Positions 8,772 through 20,000 of a DNA stretch of 64,000 nucleotides are shown piece by piece. Within the stretch, counting starts at the first letter, position 1. The number at the start of each line of letters is the position of its first letter. Below the pieces are notes generated by a model, which saw only the letters and a program-made list of their open reading frames with translations, had not been told where the DNA came from and made no database searches. The position numbers were made by a program, and so were the translations under genes. Source of the DNA: Planctomycetota bacterium (GTDB lineage Bacteria > Planctomycetota > B15-G4). The stretch covers positions 76,846 through 140,845 of the forward strand of contig JAQWOM010000043.1 of the NCBI GenBank assembly GCA_029245865.1, read 5' to 3'.

Positions 8772-10685
8772 ATGCCTTCAACCACGGTGGATTCACACAC
8801 CCCCATGCCAGCGCACCAAGCACCGCGCGGCCTCTGGGCATGCGTGCGTGACGGGGGCCGACCGCTCGGGGCTTTTCTGATCCTCGCGCTGGGCATCAAG
8901 CTGCTGATCATCATGGCAGCGCTGGGCGACGACCCCCTCGCTCGCCACCCCACCAGCGACGCGCTCTACTACCTGGAACGCGCTGCCGGCATTGCAGGAC
9001 TGATCGACGACCCACTGGTCCATGAGCCCTTTCACCTTCCCCCGCTATACCCACAGATCCTGGCTCGGGTTCCCGGCGCCCTGCAGGGAAACTTTGCCGG
9101 CGTCTACGTCATCCAGGCCCTCTTCGGCACAGCAGCACTGCTAGGCGTCTTCTTGCTCGCCCGTCGAAGGGCCAGTCGAAAACTGGCTCTCGGTGCAACC
9201 GGGCTCACCTTGCTCTATGGACCACTGACCTTTTTTGAGTTGAAGCTTCTCGGAGACTCACTGGCTTGCTCGCTGCTGGTGTTCGCACTCGTCGTCACCG
9301 ACCAACTCGCCGATCACTTCAACCCGCAACGCGCAAGCAGCCGTTCCCCACGCCCGAACGGAAGCAGCTCCAGCACCGCAGAGGTTCTCTGGGGATTTCT
9401 CCTGGGGCTACTGCTCGGTCTGACCTCGTTACTGCGTCCACAGATCCTCTTATTTTCTGCTGCGCTCGTCCTGTGGCTGCTGATCCGGCGAGCCCGCACT
9501 GCAGCACTGTGCAGCGCCCTCGCTCTCTCACTCACCCTCTTGCCTTCCTTGCTCCACAACGCCTCGACGGGCGCCCAGTTCACTCCCGTGTCGGACAACG
9601 GTGGCGTCAACCTCTGGCTGGCAAATACAGGACCGCCCTCCGGCACCTTCCTCACCTACGAGGAGTCCTTCGGCGACATTGCGCAACAGGCCCGGTCAGC
9701 ACGAAGCGTCGCAGAGGGCATGGCAGGTCGAGAACTCTCCCCTGGTGACGTCTCAACCACCCTCAGTCGCGCTGCCTGGGATGCCATGATCGCCGACCCC
9801 GTCCAGTTCTTGGCGCGGCTACGCCTGCGAGCGCAGGCTTCCCTCGAATCCTTTGAAACGGGCATCGTCGCCGTCCCCGAGGTGGAAGCCCAACTCATTG
9901 GACCTCTGCGAATTCTTGCGGTTCCTTTCGGAATCTTAATCGCATTCGGTGGCGCAGCGCTCGTGATCCTCTCAAGGCGAAGCGGCGCTCGCTCGCGCTC
10001 TCCGGAAGAAAACGCTGCGGCGACACCCGTCTTTCCCATGCTTGCGCTGGCCGGGCTCGTCATACTGACAGCGCTGATCTTCTTTCACTACAGCCGCTTT
10101 CGACTTCCACTCATCCCTCTCCTGGCCATCAGCATCGCCTGGGCGTTTTCCTCCATCCAGGCACACAGACCGACTGCTCTTCGTGCAGGACTTGCACTGC
10201 TGACAGCAGCCTGCCTCGCCTGGATCGCCTGGCTACCGGGAGAGCATCATGCCCGCACCCGCACCATCGGCTGGACGAGCTTGGCAGAAGCTCGCCTCGC
10301 TCTGGCCCCACCCGCTCGGCGCCAATCAGCACTCAAGGCGGCTGACGAAGACATGACCCGAGCACTGGAACATGAACCCACTCTGATCCGAGCGCGGCTA
10401 CAAGCGCATCACATTGCGTTGGGCCTCGGTCGCTTCGATGACGCCCTGAACCATCTGGATGTGGTCTCTGAAGTCCTTCCCGACCACCCCAAGGTCCTCA
10501 TGAACCGCGCCTGGCTCCATGCCTGGCAATCACCGAACAACCGGCACTACGATCTAGAAGCTGCGCGCACCCTGGTCGAAAGATTGCGCATGGAATCGAT
10601 TCTTGATTCCGATCTCGCGCCGCATGTTTACCGCCTGGATGCAACCGTCACGGCACTGGAACAACAAGAGTCTTCTGGTCGCTGA
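8772..10685 (+). CDS. GT-C fold (PMT/GT39-like) membrane glycosyltransferase with C-terminal TPR-like repeats
   Basis: SDALYY loop, PPLYP, many TM helices, LLRP, NGGVNLWLAN, RFRLP, TPR-like tail. Confidence 0.7.
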   Translation: MPSTTVDSHTPMPAHQAPRGLWACVRDGGRPLGAFLILALGIKLLIIMAALGDDPLARHPTSDALYYLERAAGIAGLIDDPLVHEPFHLPPLYPQILARVPGALQGNFAGVYVIQALFGTAALLGVFLLARRRASRKLALGATGLTLLYGPLTFFELKLLGDSLACSLLVFALVVTDQLADHFNPQRASSRSPRPNGSSSSTAEVLWGFLLGLLLGLTSLLRPQILLFSAALVLWLLIRRARTAALCSALALSLTLLPSLLHNASTGAQFTPVSDNGGVNLWLANTGPPSGTFLTYEESFGDIAQQARSARSVAEGMAGRELSPGDVSTTLSRAAWDAMIADPVQFLARLRLRAQASLESFETGIVAVPEVEAQLIGPLRILAVPFGILIAFGGAALVILSRRSGARSRSPEENAAATPVFPMLALAGLVILTALIFFHYSRFRLPLIPLLAISIAWAFSSIQAHRPTALRAGLALLTAACLAWIAWLPGEHHARTRTIGWTSLAEARLALAPPARRQSALKAADEDMTRALEHEPTLIRARLQAHHIALGLGRFDDALNHLDVVSEVLPDHPKVLMNRAWLHAWQSPNNRHYDLEAARTLVERLRMESILDSDLAPHVYRLDATVTALEQQESSGR

Positions 10686-10747
10686 AGCGCCGGCAGGCCG
10701 CGGGCCACCCCAGAGAAGCGGAGCAAGTCATTACTGCTTCGAAGGCT

Positions 10748-12982
10748 CTACACAGACTGCGCAGCCTCGAGCCCGAAGAGGGCGCGCACTCGAGCAGCAT
10801 CATCCGCCGTCACAGCCGCACAGCTCAGCCAATGTGCGACACCTCCGGCCACAAGATCTCGCGGATCAGTTCCGTAAGTCGCGAGTGATTCATCAACGAA
10901 ACTTTCGAGATCAACAGCATCCGCTTTCAGCGCAGCCTCCAGGCCGGGAAGAAAGGCCGTCCCGAAGTGCACCTTCAGGTCCAATCCCAGCAAGTTGCTC
11001 ACGCGAGAAGCGCTCTCTGTGAGTTCTATGCCCACACGCGCGAGCATGAGGCGCTCAAAGGCACGCCCCAGTTCACCAGCTTCGGCATCACAGCGCTTCC
11101 GCTCAGCATCGAGCTCATCCGCAGAGAGATCCCCCTTGGGGGTGACCCCCGGCACCTCGACATAGATCTTATTTTTCGGCTCTGTCCCACTCGGACGGAT
11201 GATCAGGCGAACATCATTCTCAAGAGTAAGGACCAGCACGTTACGCGAAGACGCATCTGTTCCAGATTTGATGGGCCCAAGCCAGCCTGACTCGTCCGCC
11301 AGATCTTCGAAAGACAACACCTTACGGCCGAGGATCTCTTGCGGCGGATCCGCACGCAAACTGCCCTGGATCGCACGAATGCGGTCGAGTCCGCTCGCGC
11401 CTGTCATCACAGTCGTCAGCAACTTGTTCGCCATGTACCCGAAACGTGCGTACAGGGCATCTAACTCGTCGAGCAGAGTTCGACCTTCGGCAACAAGAGT
11501 CGCGTTCAGCTCGGCGAGCATCAGTGCCGCACCCGCTGCATCTTTGTCTCGCACGACAGAGCTCAAAAGAAGGCCGTGACTTTCCTCGACACCGAGAACG
11601 AAACTCTCCGGCTTAGCGTGAATCTCTCTCCAAGATCCCGTCTCTTCGAGATTTGCCAGAACTTTGGCCATGTACTTGAAGCCGACCAACAGATCAGACA
11701 CGACCTTGCATCCATAAGAACGCGCAATCGTTGTCGCGAGACTGGATGTCACGAGCGTCTTGAGCATGAACGCATTTTCGGGCAGCAAGCCAAGCTCCCG
11801 TCTTCGCCCCAGGACAAAGCGAGTCACCAAAAAGACGATCTCGTCACCGGAGACAAACTGCCAGCTGCCATCTTTGCGACGAGCTTCCAGCCCAATGCGA
11901 TCTGCGTCCGGATCCGTGGCAAGAATGATGTCGGCATGACACTCATCACCAATCTTCTCCGCCTGCTCATAGCAAGCGGGCACCTCTGGATTGGGCGCAA
12001 GGAACTTCACCGCAGGGAACTTGCCGTCGAAAGCCTCTTGTGACGGAACCGCACGGACGTCAAAGCCCTCTGCCCGAAGAAGCCTTCCCACGGTTGAAGC
12101 GCCTGTGCCGTGCAACGGGGTGAAGACGATGCGCCCCCCTCGCTGGTCGGGAGCCAGGGAAAGCTCGGCATTCACCCGAAGATAGTGCTCATTCTCGGTG
12201 GGCCCGATCAACTCGATCATGCCTGTCCGAAGGCCGTCCTCGAATGGAAGCCCGTGCACATCCAGGATGCCTTCCACTCGCCGAGCGAGCATCTCGTCGT
12301 CAGGTGGGACATCCTGACCACCGTGACGATTGTAGAACTTGCCTCCGTTGTCATCCGGATGGTTGTGGGAAGCCGAGACGTTGAGCCCGCCGTGGGCCTT
12401 GTTGTGCCGAATAGCCAGGCTCAATTCGGGCGTCGACATGTATTCGCCGCCTCTCGGGTCGAGCATGAGAACCCGGATTCCGTTTGCTGCGTAGACACCT
12501 GCAGCTTCTGCTGCAAAATCTGCGGAGCTCATATCCATCAAAGGGTTGGGCAAGTTCGTGTCGTACACACCGCGCAGATCGGAATAAACCCGAACATCAA
12601 AAGCGACAACCACGACAACATCTGCATCCGGGTAGGCTTCCTTCAAGGTGTCAGCATGCCCTTGCACTGACGTCAGAAGTGTCCAGGAGTTGAATCGATT
12701 GGTCCCGATGCCAACCGCTCCACGCCGGCCCCCTGTGCCAAATGGAATCACTTGCCAGAAGGCATCGAACAACAACTCGAACTCACCCTGGTCAATAAGA
12801 CTTTCGAGTTGAGGGCGGTATGTGGCAAACCGTTCTTCGAGCAGCCATGGCTCCAGCGCCTCGAACGCCAAAGATTTGGTCGACGAATCGAAATCTAGTA
12901 GCTCAAAGCCCTTGTGGGCCGCTTCCAGAAGAGAACTCAACGCGACGGGCTCCGAGCGGTGACGACTTCGGCCATGCACCAA
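10748..12982 (-). CDS. Phosphoglucomutase/phosphomannomutase family protein
   Basis: FGTGGRRG, SASHN catalytic Ser, TPLHGTG, DPDADR metal loop, GFKY, EESHG, DKDA, RPSGTEPK. Confidence 0.92.
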   Translation of the reverse strand: MVHGRSRHRSEPVALSSLLEAAHKGFELLDFDSSTKSLAFEALEPWLLEERFATYRPQLESLIDQGEFELLFDAFWQVIPFGTGGRRGAVGIGTNRFNSWTLLTSVQGHADTLKEAYPDADVVVVVAFDVRVYSDLRGVYDTNLPNPLMDMSSADFAAEAAGVYAANGIRVLMLDPRGGEYMSTPELSLAIRHNKAHGGLNVSASHNHPDDNGGKFYNRHGGQDVPPDDEMLARRVEGILDVHGLPFEDGLRTGMIELIGPTENEHYLRVNAELSLAPDQRGGRIVFTPLHGTGASTVGRLLRAEGFDVRAVPSQEAFDGKFPAVKFLAPNPEVPACYEQAEKIGDECHADIILATDPDADRIGLEARRKDGSWQFVSGDEIVFLVTRFVLGRRRELGLLPENAFMLKTLVTSSLATTIARSYGCKVVSDLLVGFKYMAKVLANLEETGSWREIHAKPESFVLGVEESHGLLLSSVVRDKDAAGAALMLAELNATLVAEGRTLLDELDALYARFGYMANKLLTTVMTGASGLDRIRAIQGSLRADPPQEILGRKVLSFEDLADESGWLGPIKSGTDASSRNVLVLTLENDVRLIIRPSGTEPKNKIYVEVPGVTPKGDLSADELDAERKRCDAEAGELGRAFERLMLARVGIELTESASRVSNLLGLDLKVHFGTAFLPGLEAALKADAVDLESFVDESLATYGTDPRDLVAGGVAHWLSCAAVTADDAARVRALFGLEAAQSV

Positions 12983-13093
12983 GGATCACCGTGATCATCA
13001 AGTGCAGACTGTCGCAGTGTGGCGCACTTCTGCGGGGATTCAAGGGATGGGAGTGCGAAAAGGCCACTGAACCCGAGAAGGCCCTGCAGAGCC

Positions 13094-14014
13094 TCACTTC
13101 CTCAGGAACAGCGCACGCAGGACGTGCCTCGCGATCTCGGGATTCCTGGCCAAGCGTCGCTGCGTGTAGGCATGCCAATCTCGACCGTAGGGAACATAGA
13201 TGCGAACGGCGTGGCCGGCATTTCGAAGGCGCTCCGCCTCACCCTGACGAACCCCCATGAGCAACTGAAACTCGTATTTCCTGCCCCAGGGATCACCAAC
13301 CACCAAGTCAGATTTTCGGGCAACTTCGATGCAAGCGTCGGCCACGTCGCTGTCATGTGTGGCAAAACCGACCCGAGCCCCGCCTTCAAGAAGCTGAGCG
13401 GCCAACTCAACATAGCTGCGAGAAATCGCGGCTGGTTCGGTCCAAGCGATCTCTTTCGGCTCGAGATAGATTCCCTTTACCAATCGCACGTCGAGTGAGT
13501 CGAATTCAGACAACAGGGCTGCTGCATCGCCAGCCGTGCGAAACAAACGCGACTGCAAAACGCAACCCAGGTTGGCGTGACTCGCGCGCACTTCACGAAA
13601 GACGCCAAGAGTCACATCAATCGTCTCTGAGCCTTCCATTTCAAGACGAACGCGACGCCCTTGGTCGGCTGCACGACTGCACAGTTGCGACAGCATACGC
13701 ACACAAGCAGCCTGGTCGTTCGTGGCGCCGAGGTGAGTGGGCTTCACGGAAACAGTGGTCGTCGGGTCTACCTCCGGCAACTCGGACAAGGCCAGCTCGT
13801 ACTCCGCCAGCGCCGCAGCTGCCTCCCCAGCATCTACAACACCCTCGCCAAGCACATCCAGGATCGTGCCGAAGCCCTCTTTTCGAATCGCGCGAATCCG
13901 CTCGAGCGCCGCAGGCAATTCAGAACCTGCGACATAACGCTTCGCAATCGCCCAGATAATGGGCTTGGGGATGACCGGGAGCGACAAGCGCACAACCTGG
14001 TCTAGAAGACTCAC
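13094..14014 (-). CDS. Monofunctional proline dehydrogenase
   Basis: RYVAG, LDVLGE, SVKPTHLG, VRLVKGIY, FATHD, EFQLLMGVR, YVPYG, RRLA; start set at GTG 14014. Confidence 0.9.
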   Translation of the reverse strand: MSLLDQVVRLSLPVIPKPIIWAIAKRYVAGSELPAALERIRAIRKEGFGTILDVLGEGVVDAGEAAAALAEYELALSELPEVDPTTTVSVKPTHLGATNDQAACVRMLSQLCSRAADQGRRVRLEMEGSETIDVTLGVFREVRASHANLGCVLQSRLFRTAGDAAALLSEFDSLDVRLVKGIYLEPKEIAWTEPAAISRSYVELAAQLLEGGARVGFATHDSDVADACIEVARKSDLVVGDPWGRKYEFQLLMGVRQGEAERLRNAGHAVRIYVPYGRDWHAYTQRRLARNPEIARHVLRALFLRK

Positions 14015-14030
14015 CCCGCCCCCCTTCTTT

Positions 14031-14792
14031 TCACTTTCCGATCTCGAGTCGAGCCGCACAGAGATCAGGAATATTAGGGTTGTCGTAGATCTTCCTCTGA
14101 ACCGTTGCGATGTCGTAGTCGGTACGCAAGAAGCGAACTTCATGACCATCAACGATGACGCAGGAAGCGCGCGGATCCCCGTCTCGCGGCTGACCGACTG
14201 AGCCAACATTAACGATAGCCTTACTGCTGCCATCCCACTCGAAACGATAGTCCAGTTGGCCGGGGTCGAGAAACTGAAGATCTTCGGTGAAGACGCCGGG
14301 GAAATGCGTGTGGCCAACAAAGCAGACGCCATCAAGATGGTCGAAGATGTCGTGGATCTTGTCCGGAATGAAGATCACATCTGTCTTCATGATGTATTCG
14401 TGAATAGGGTCACGAGGCGATCCATGAACCAACAGATACTCACCCATCTGAGCGCGGTCCGGCAAGCTTTCGATGAACCGCCAGCGAGAACGTTTGAGCG
14501 AACTCGAGAGCAGAGAAGGCTTCAGGGTACGTCGGTTGTATTCGATCACTTGGCGCGCAACAGGATTGAAGTCTTGCGCCCCACGCAACAGCGCTTCATC
14601 GTGATTTCCGCAGATCGTCGTCTCGCAATGACGCATGACCAGGTCGATGCAGTGTTCGGGGTCTGGTCCGTAACCCACAACGTCACCGAGGCACACGATG
14701 GCCTCAACGCCTTCCTTTTCGAGACGCGAAAGAACCGCGCCCAGCGCCTCGGTGTTGGAATGCAGGTCGGAGATGATCGCAAAGCGCGTCAC
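14031..14792 (-). CDS. Calcineurin-like metallophosphoesterase
   Basis: SDLHSN, LGDVVGYG, GNHD, HGSP, GHTH, NVGSVGQPRDGDPRA. Confidence 0.92.
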   Translation of the reverse strand: MTRFAIISDLHSNTEALGAVLSRLEKEGVEAIVCLGDVVGYGPDPEHCIDLVMRHCETTICGNHDEALLRGAQDFNPVARQVIEYNRRTLKPSLLSSSLKRSRWRFIESLPDRAQMGEYLLVHGSPRDPIHEYIMKTDVIFIPDKIHDIFDHLDGVCFVGHTHFPGVFTEDLQFLDPGQLDYRFEWDGSSKAIVNVGSVGQPRDGDPRASCVIVDGHEVRFLRTDYDIATVQRKIYDNPNIPDLCAARLEIGK

Positions 14793-14793
14793 G

Positions 14794-15798
14794 TCAGGAC
14801 TTCTCCACCATACGACGAAGGGTAGAAATCAAAGAGCGCCGCGATTCTTCGGCGTCATCCTTTGAAAGCGTTGTTCCGGCGGCGTAAACGTGCCCTCCTC
14901 CACCAAACTGCCGCGCGACACCATTCATATCCAGATCGCCGCGTGAGCGAAGACTGACCGAGATTCGACCATCTTCCAATTCGGTGAAGAGCGCGACGAC
15001 CGAGACGTTTTCGCCGGAGCGAAGGAGATCAAGGATCGGGTCAGCCTCATAACGCGTCACGCCAAGGTCATCAAGGAATTGACGCCTTACAAATGACCAC
15101 ACGAGCTTTCCACCGCACTCTTCATTCATGGAGCGCGCAACATGACCGATAAGCCGCAACATCGGACCGCTGTTGGATTGGTAAATCGAGCGATACATCG
15201 CGGGAAGATCGAGTCGATGTGCAGATAGATCTGCGACCAGATCCATGACTTCGCCATTTGTATTGGGATACCGAAACCACCCGGTGTCCGTGGATAGCGA
15301 GACAAAAACACTCTCGGCGATCTCCCGGTCAATCTTCCCACCCACATGCTTGATGAAGTCGTAGACAAGCCGGCCCGTTGCTGTGGCGGACGCGTCCAGA
15401 AGATTGAGGTCAGCCGGCCCCTCTCCCTCGCAGGGATGGTGGTCGATACAAACCGTTTTCGCGCGACTGGCTTGAGCCGGCTTTTCCAACGCACCCAGGC
15501 GTCCCATGGATGAGAGGTCACACATCACAAAGAGGTCAGCCGACTGCACCAGTTCTGCATGCTGATCGGGATCATAAACCTCATAATTACGGCCAAATTC
15601 CATGAACCCGTAACGAGGGCTCAGAGGAGCGGTCAGCATCGCCGTGACATGACGCCCGGTGAGCTCGAGATGCCGCCGAAGAGCGGCAACGGCGCCTACG
15701 GCGTCTCCATCTGCATTTTCATGCCCCGTCACGACAATCGAGTCGGCACTCAGGAGAAGTTCCTGAAACTGATCAAATCGCTCGGACAGGGCTTCCAT
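14794..15798 (-). CDS. nrnA: DHH/DHHA1 phosphoesterase (bifunctional oligoribonuclease/pAp phosphatase NrnA-like)
   Basis: HENADGDA, IDHH, DTGWF, SLRS, GGGGH. Confidence 0.88.
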   Translation of the reverse strand: MEALSERFDQFQELLLSADSIVVTGHENADGDAVGAVAALRRHLELTGRHVTAMLTAPLSPRYGFMEFGRNYEVYDPDQHAELVQSADLFVMCDLSSMGRLGALEKPAQASRAKTVCIDHHPCEGEGPADLNLLDASATATGRLVYDFIKHVGGKIDREIAESVFVSLSTDTGWFRYPNTNGEVMDLVADLSAHRLDLPAMYRSIYQSNSGPMLRLIGHVARSMNEECGGKLVWSFVRRQFLDDLGVTRYEADPILDLLRSGENVSVVALFTELEDGRISVSLRSRGDLDMNGVARQFGGGGHVYAAGTTLSKDDAEESRRSLISTLRRMVEKS

Positions 15799-15846
15799 CT
15801 ATCGAAAGCTAGCCGTGCCCAGACAGTGAGTCAAGATCCGATGCAG

Positions 15847-17088
15847 TCACTCCGAAGACGCCCCCCCAGGCTCCAGCACAACTCCTGCGTGAACCGTGAA
15901 GAGAACCGAAGCCTCTCCAGACCAGGCCCAGGACGCCAGAGCGTCGCTCCCCATGGATTCTAGGTCTTCAGGGCATGGTCCCAGAACGCAACCGTCGGCC
16001 ACCGAGCCAACCGCCCAGGTCGCTGGCCCTTCTGGCAGCTTCAGCGCACGGCGGCCGCCGTGCGTCGCGCCCTTGAGAATCAAGAGAGGCGGAACATCAG
16101 GGCGGTCAGCTGCAAGGCGGACCAGTTCTGAGAACAGATCAACCTCTTGGTTGCTCGCCGCCGAGTCAGTCCCAAATGCGACATCGACTCCCACCCCATC
16201 AAGCTCCAGCAGCCGGTGTGGCGGCCGGTCAAAATGCCGATGGGTTCCATGACAATAGACCACCGAAGACTGGTGGCGCGCCAACCGGTCGATGTCATCG
16301 TCATCGAGGTCATTGCCGTGAATCACGGCACCGCCCGACGCAAGCAATCCAGCTCGCTCGACATATTCGATCGGACGAATTCCCGGAGGGCGGGCAAAGG
16401 GCTTCCCCTGTCCGATCGACTCCAAGAAACCTGCAAAGGGTCCATCACCATGCATCAGATAGCGCGTCTCGTCCGCTGACTCTGCGATGTGCATCGCAAG
16501 AGGCAACCCACGCACCTCACCAGCACGCACAATCTCTGGCAAGACATCCTCGTGCACCGAGTAAGGCGCATGAGGAGAAAGGCCCAACTCATGCCCAGCA
16601 CAACCCAACGTGTCTACTGTTCTCATCACACTCGCCAATCGTTGGCGCGCAGCTTCTCTCTCGACACCAATGATTTCCAAATACGAGCGGCCACCTAGTT
16701 TCGCGAGGCGACGCCCCCGAGTCCCCTCCCCTTGAGAGCCATCGATATCTCCGACGGCCACCACGCCGCACTGAGCAAGCGATTGAGCCTCTTGTGAAGC
16801 AGCGTCTACGATATTGCGACCGGAAGCACGCAAGGCCCCAACAGACCGAAGCCATTCAGGAAAAGATCCCCGAGAAGGAACGGCGGGCGAGCCCGCCAGA
16901 TCTAGATGCGAGTGCGCATTCACCAATCCTGGAATGAGCACACCATCCACAGGCCGAGCCCGAGAGCCGGCAGCGACAAATCGAGTCGTACACCCTCCGG
17001 CAATCTCCCAGGAGATGTGCCGTCGCAAATCACCCTGCGCATCGAGAGCTGCGCGAAATTGAAGCGAGCGCCGAGTGACGTGTCTCAG
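15847..17088 (-). CDS. Amidohydrolase family deaminase (MTA/SAH or aminofutalosine deaminase-like)
   Basis: PGLVNAHSH, SPHAPYS, MHIAES, HGN, GTDS; the ORF track starts at TTG 17028, probable true start CTG 17088 (see findings). Confidence 0.8.
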   Translation of the reverse strand: MRHVTRRSLQFRAALDAQGDLRRHISWEIAGGCTTRFVAAGSRARPVDGVLIPGLVNAHSHLDLAGSPAVPSRGSFPEWLRSVGALRASGRNIVDAASQEAQSLAQCGVVAVGDIDGSQGEGTRGRRLAKLGGRSYLEIIGVEREAARQRLASVMRTVDTLGCAGHELGLSPHAPYSVHEDVLPEIVRAGEVRGLPLAMHIAESADETRYLMHGDGPFAGFLESIGQGKPFARPPGIRPIEYVERAGLLASGGAVIHGNDLDDDDIDRLARHQSSVVYCHGTHRHFDRPPHRLLELDGVGVDVAFGTDSAASNQEVDLFSELVRLAADRPDVPPLLILKGATHGGRRALKLPEGPATWAVGSVADGCVLGPCPEDLESMGSDALASWAWSGEASVLFTVHAGVVLEPGGASSE

Positions 17089-20000
17089 AACGAAACGTTC
17101 CTTGTGACCAGTTCGACCTCATCGATCACAACGTCACCAAAGGTCACGGCCCCCGCCCCATGATCCGGGTCCACGAAATCGCCGTCTACGAGCAGTTGAA
17201 AGCGAAGGTATGTCTTTCCATCTGCAATAGATCGAGCAACCTCGGGCAAGCCCACGATGCTGTTAGGCAACTCGAGATCCGCCCCCACAAGGCTCACTGT
17301 CCCAGGGTCGACGGCCACTCGGATAGTCACATCGGGATCTGTCGCACGCAGGACATGGAGAGTCGTCCCATCAAACGCAACCGCTGAGGCGACAGAAGGG
17401 ACACCTCCGTCCACGATCCGCGCATAGCCGTGCACACCATCCAGCGAGATCCCCTTCGATCCGTCAGCGACACTGAACTGAATCAACATCGAAGAACCCG
17501 CTCCATAACGAGCCATCGGATCAACAGCCCAGGCTGTCTGAGTGGCTGCGTCATACGCCAGTCCCGTGAATTCAAAGTCGAGCGCTTCGGCGTCGCGTTG
17601 AACCCGGAACATGTCATCTACATGGAGCACCGTGAAGTCGGCGGTGAACGGGTCACCCGCCAGTGGATCAATCGTTGGGATCGAGACAACAAGGTCAGAC
17701 CGATTCGCTGCGATCAAGAGTCGATCGTCTTCTGTCATCGCGCCAGGCACAAAAGCCATGCCACCTTCCAACACGGACGGCAAGCGAATCGTGCGCTGGA
17801 ACAGCCCGGTCCCACGGTTAAACACGTGGACGAGGCCTGCGCCACGCTCAAGCAAATAGAGTTCGCTGGTGGCACCGCCCACGGCCATGGAAACAATGTC
17901 CAGTTGACTCCCTCCCACAGAGGGGATGTCTGGCAACGCGAGATCGGTACTGCCGGCCAGGTCATGAATGACAGACGTGCTCTCGCCGATGCTGTAGAGC
18001 AGGGCATTCTCAGTCGCATCAAACACGAAACCTGCGCGGCCGGACACGAGATCAGACGCCTCGTAGAAAGTCGGAGAAGCACCCGCGACATCCAACACGC
18101 CGTTGATATCCACCTTCGTCGGGTTGAAAACAAAGCGGAATGGAGGACGAAGGAACTCACCGGAACCGCCGGACTGCCCACTCTCCAGATAAGACCAGCT
18201 CAACCCGGTTTCTGCGACACCATCCTCATCAGTGTCGGCAGAGTAGTTCACGACAAGAGACTCGAACTCGGGGTTTGAGAGACCTGAGTTGTAGAACCGG
18301 CTTTCCGCCACGGAACGAGGCAAGCCAACAAGCCGCCCCACGTTCTCCGCGCTCAGCACGGGATCCGTCAGTCCGAAGAAACTGGATGGCAGCAAGCTAT
18401 CCGAGAAATTCTCGAACCGGATCCAACCGTCTCCACCAGTTCCCCCCAGACCAAGACCTTCAACGCTACCGCCCTCTCCGCCCTGTGCCTCAAGGAGCGC
18501 GCCGCCAAAGAGCTTGAACCCGCTGCCGCCGCGCAGAATGAGGCTGCCACCGGAACCACCCCCGCCACCGGCATAGAGAGCCACCGGAGCATCGATTTCT
18601 CCCCCATCGCCACCTCGCACCGACAGGGTTGCTGAACCACGCACTGTGATGAACTTCGCGCATTCGAGTTCGATACTGCCGCCTCCAGAACCACCGCCAG
18701 CTCCAGGGGTGAGCAGTGGCAGTGTGGATGCGGACGTTGCAGCGTTCAGCGTCCCAGTCACGGAGACACCGCTGCCACCACCTCCCGACCCACCGAGCGC
18801 ACTCGGGGGAACAAGCAGGAAGCTCACTTCAGAGCCCAAGCTCAGCCCAGGTCCTCCGAAACCACCCGGGCCCGAGGTCAGTCCCACGTCGACTTCGAAT
18901 GATTCGATCCGTTCCACGGTAAAGGTGGGATCGGTGAAATCCGTGATCTCGAATAACCAGCCATCGTTGGGAGCGTTTGGTACCAGAGAGGATCCAATCA
19001 AGGCCGTGGGATCCAGACTCGAGAGAGAAGCGCCCGAGGTCTGGGTCAGCCAGTCAAATTCTGTATCGCTCACCGCAACACCCGTACCGCGCACGGCGCC
19101 GAGCCCACCACCGCCTCCGGGTGACGCATCGAGTGCAACACCACCTAGGCCCTTTCCGCGCTGATCTTCCAGTGGGTCTGACAGAGGCCCACTCGAGCCG
19201 CCTGTGGAGCCACCAGAAATGCCGCCGCCACCGCCACCGCCACCGCCCGTCGTCATGATGGCCGGCGAGTCGTTGACGACCACATACGGCAAGGCGCCTA
19301 CGCCGCCACGTTGAAATCCACCCAAGTCTCCGCCGGGCACTCCCTGCAATCGACCGATCAAGTAAGAGTCACCGGCCGCAGCAATGGGCGCGTAGTTGGT
19401 GCCAATGTTGTCCGACACCTCAAGCATCGACTCTCCTTGAGAATCATCCACTTCGATGGAAGAGACACTCCCGACCACCGTCACTTCCTCAACGACGAAC
19501 ACGGGATTGTTCTCGTCAATAAGCTGATTCTTCGTACCGGCGTTCAACTGATCGGATGTCCCGAGCCCCATGTTGGGCTGCAGCAGGATTTCTCCGGCCA
19601 GCACCTGGGCATACAGATCCGGATCGCCTCCCAGCCCCAGCCCCGGGTCAGTCAGAATCGAAAGGTCAGTGTTCTCATCGGTGAGCAAGCTCGAGGTCAA
19701 GGAAACGCTGCGCCCTGTCGCACCGCGCATGCGTGGGTCCGCGGTTTCGAAAGCAGTGCCTGACATCGGCACGCTCGGCGAGACCAGATCCAACAACACA
19801 GTGTCTACCGAGCCATCTGCCGAGGTGTCCACCGCAAGAAGGACATCACCGCCATCGCCTCCAGCCCCCGCAGAGACAAGGCTTTGCCCGCCAAGACCGC
19901 CCTGTCCGAGATAGTCTGCATAGAGCGGGTCTGACGCATTCACTGGAACCGGCAAGATTTCACCCGGAACCCCGCGGGACAGCACCGAGCCGGCAATGTC

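Noticed and set aside
13094..14335. Extended N-termini in the ORF track (ProDH, coaD, rplU, ptsN, tadA, lipoproteins 2 and 3, mnmE-like)
   Set aside because: The extensions overlap neighbouring genes or precede the family-typical start; trimmed
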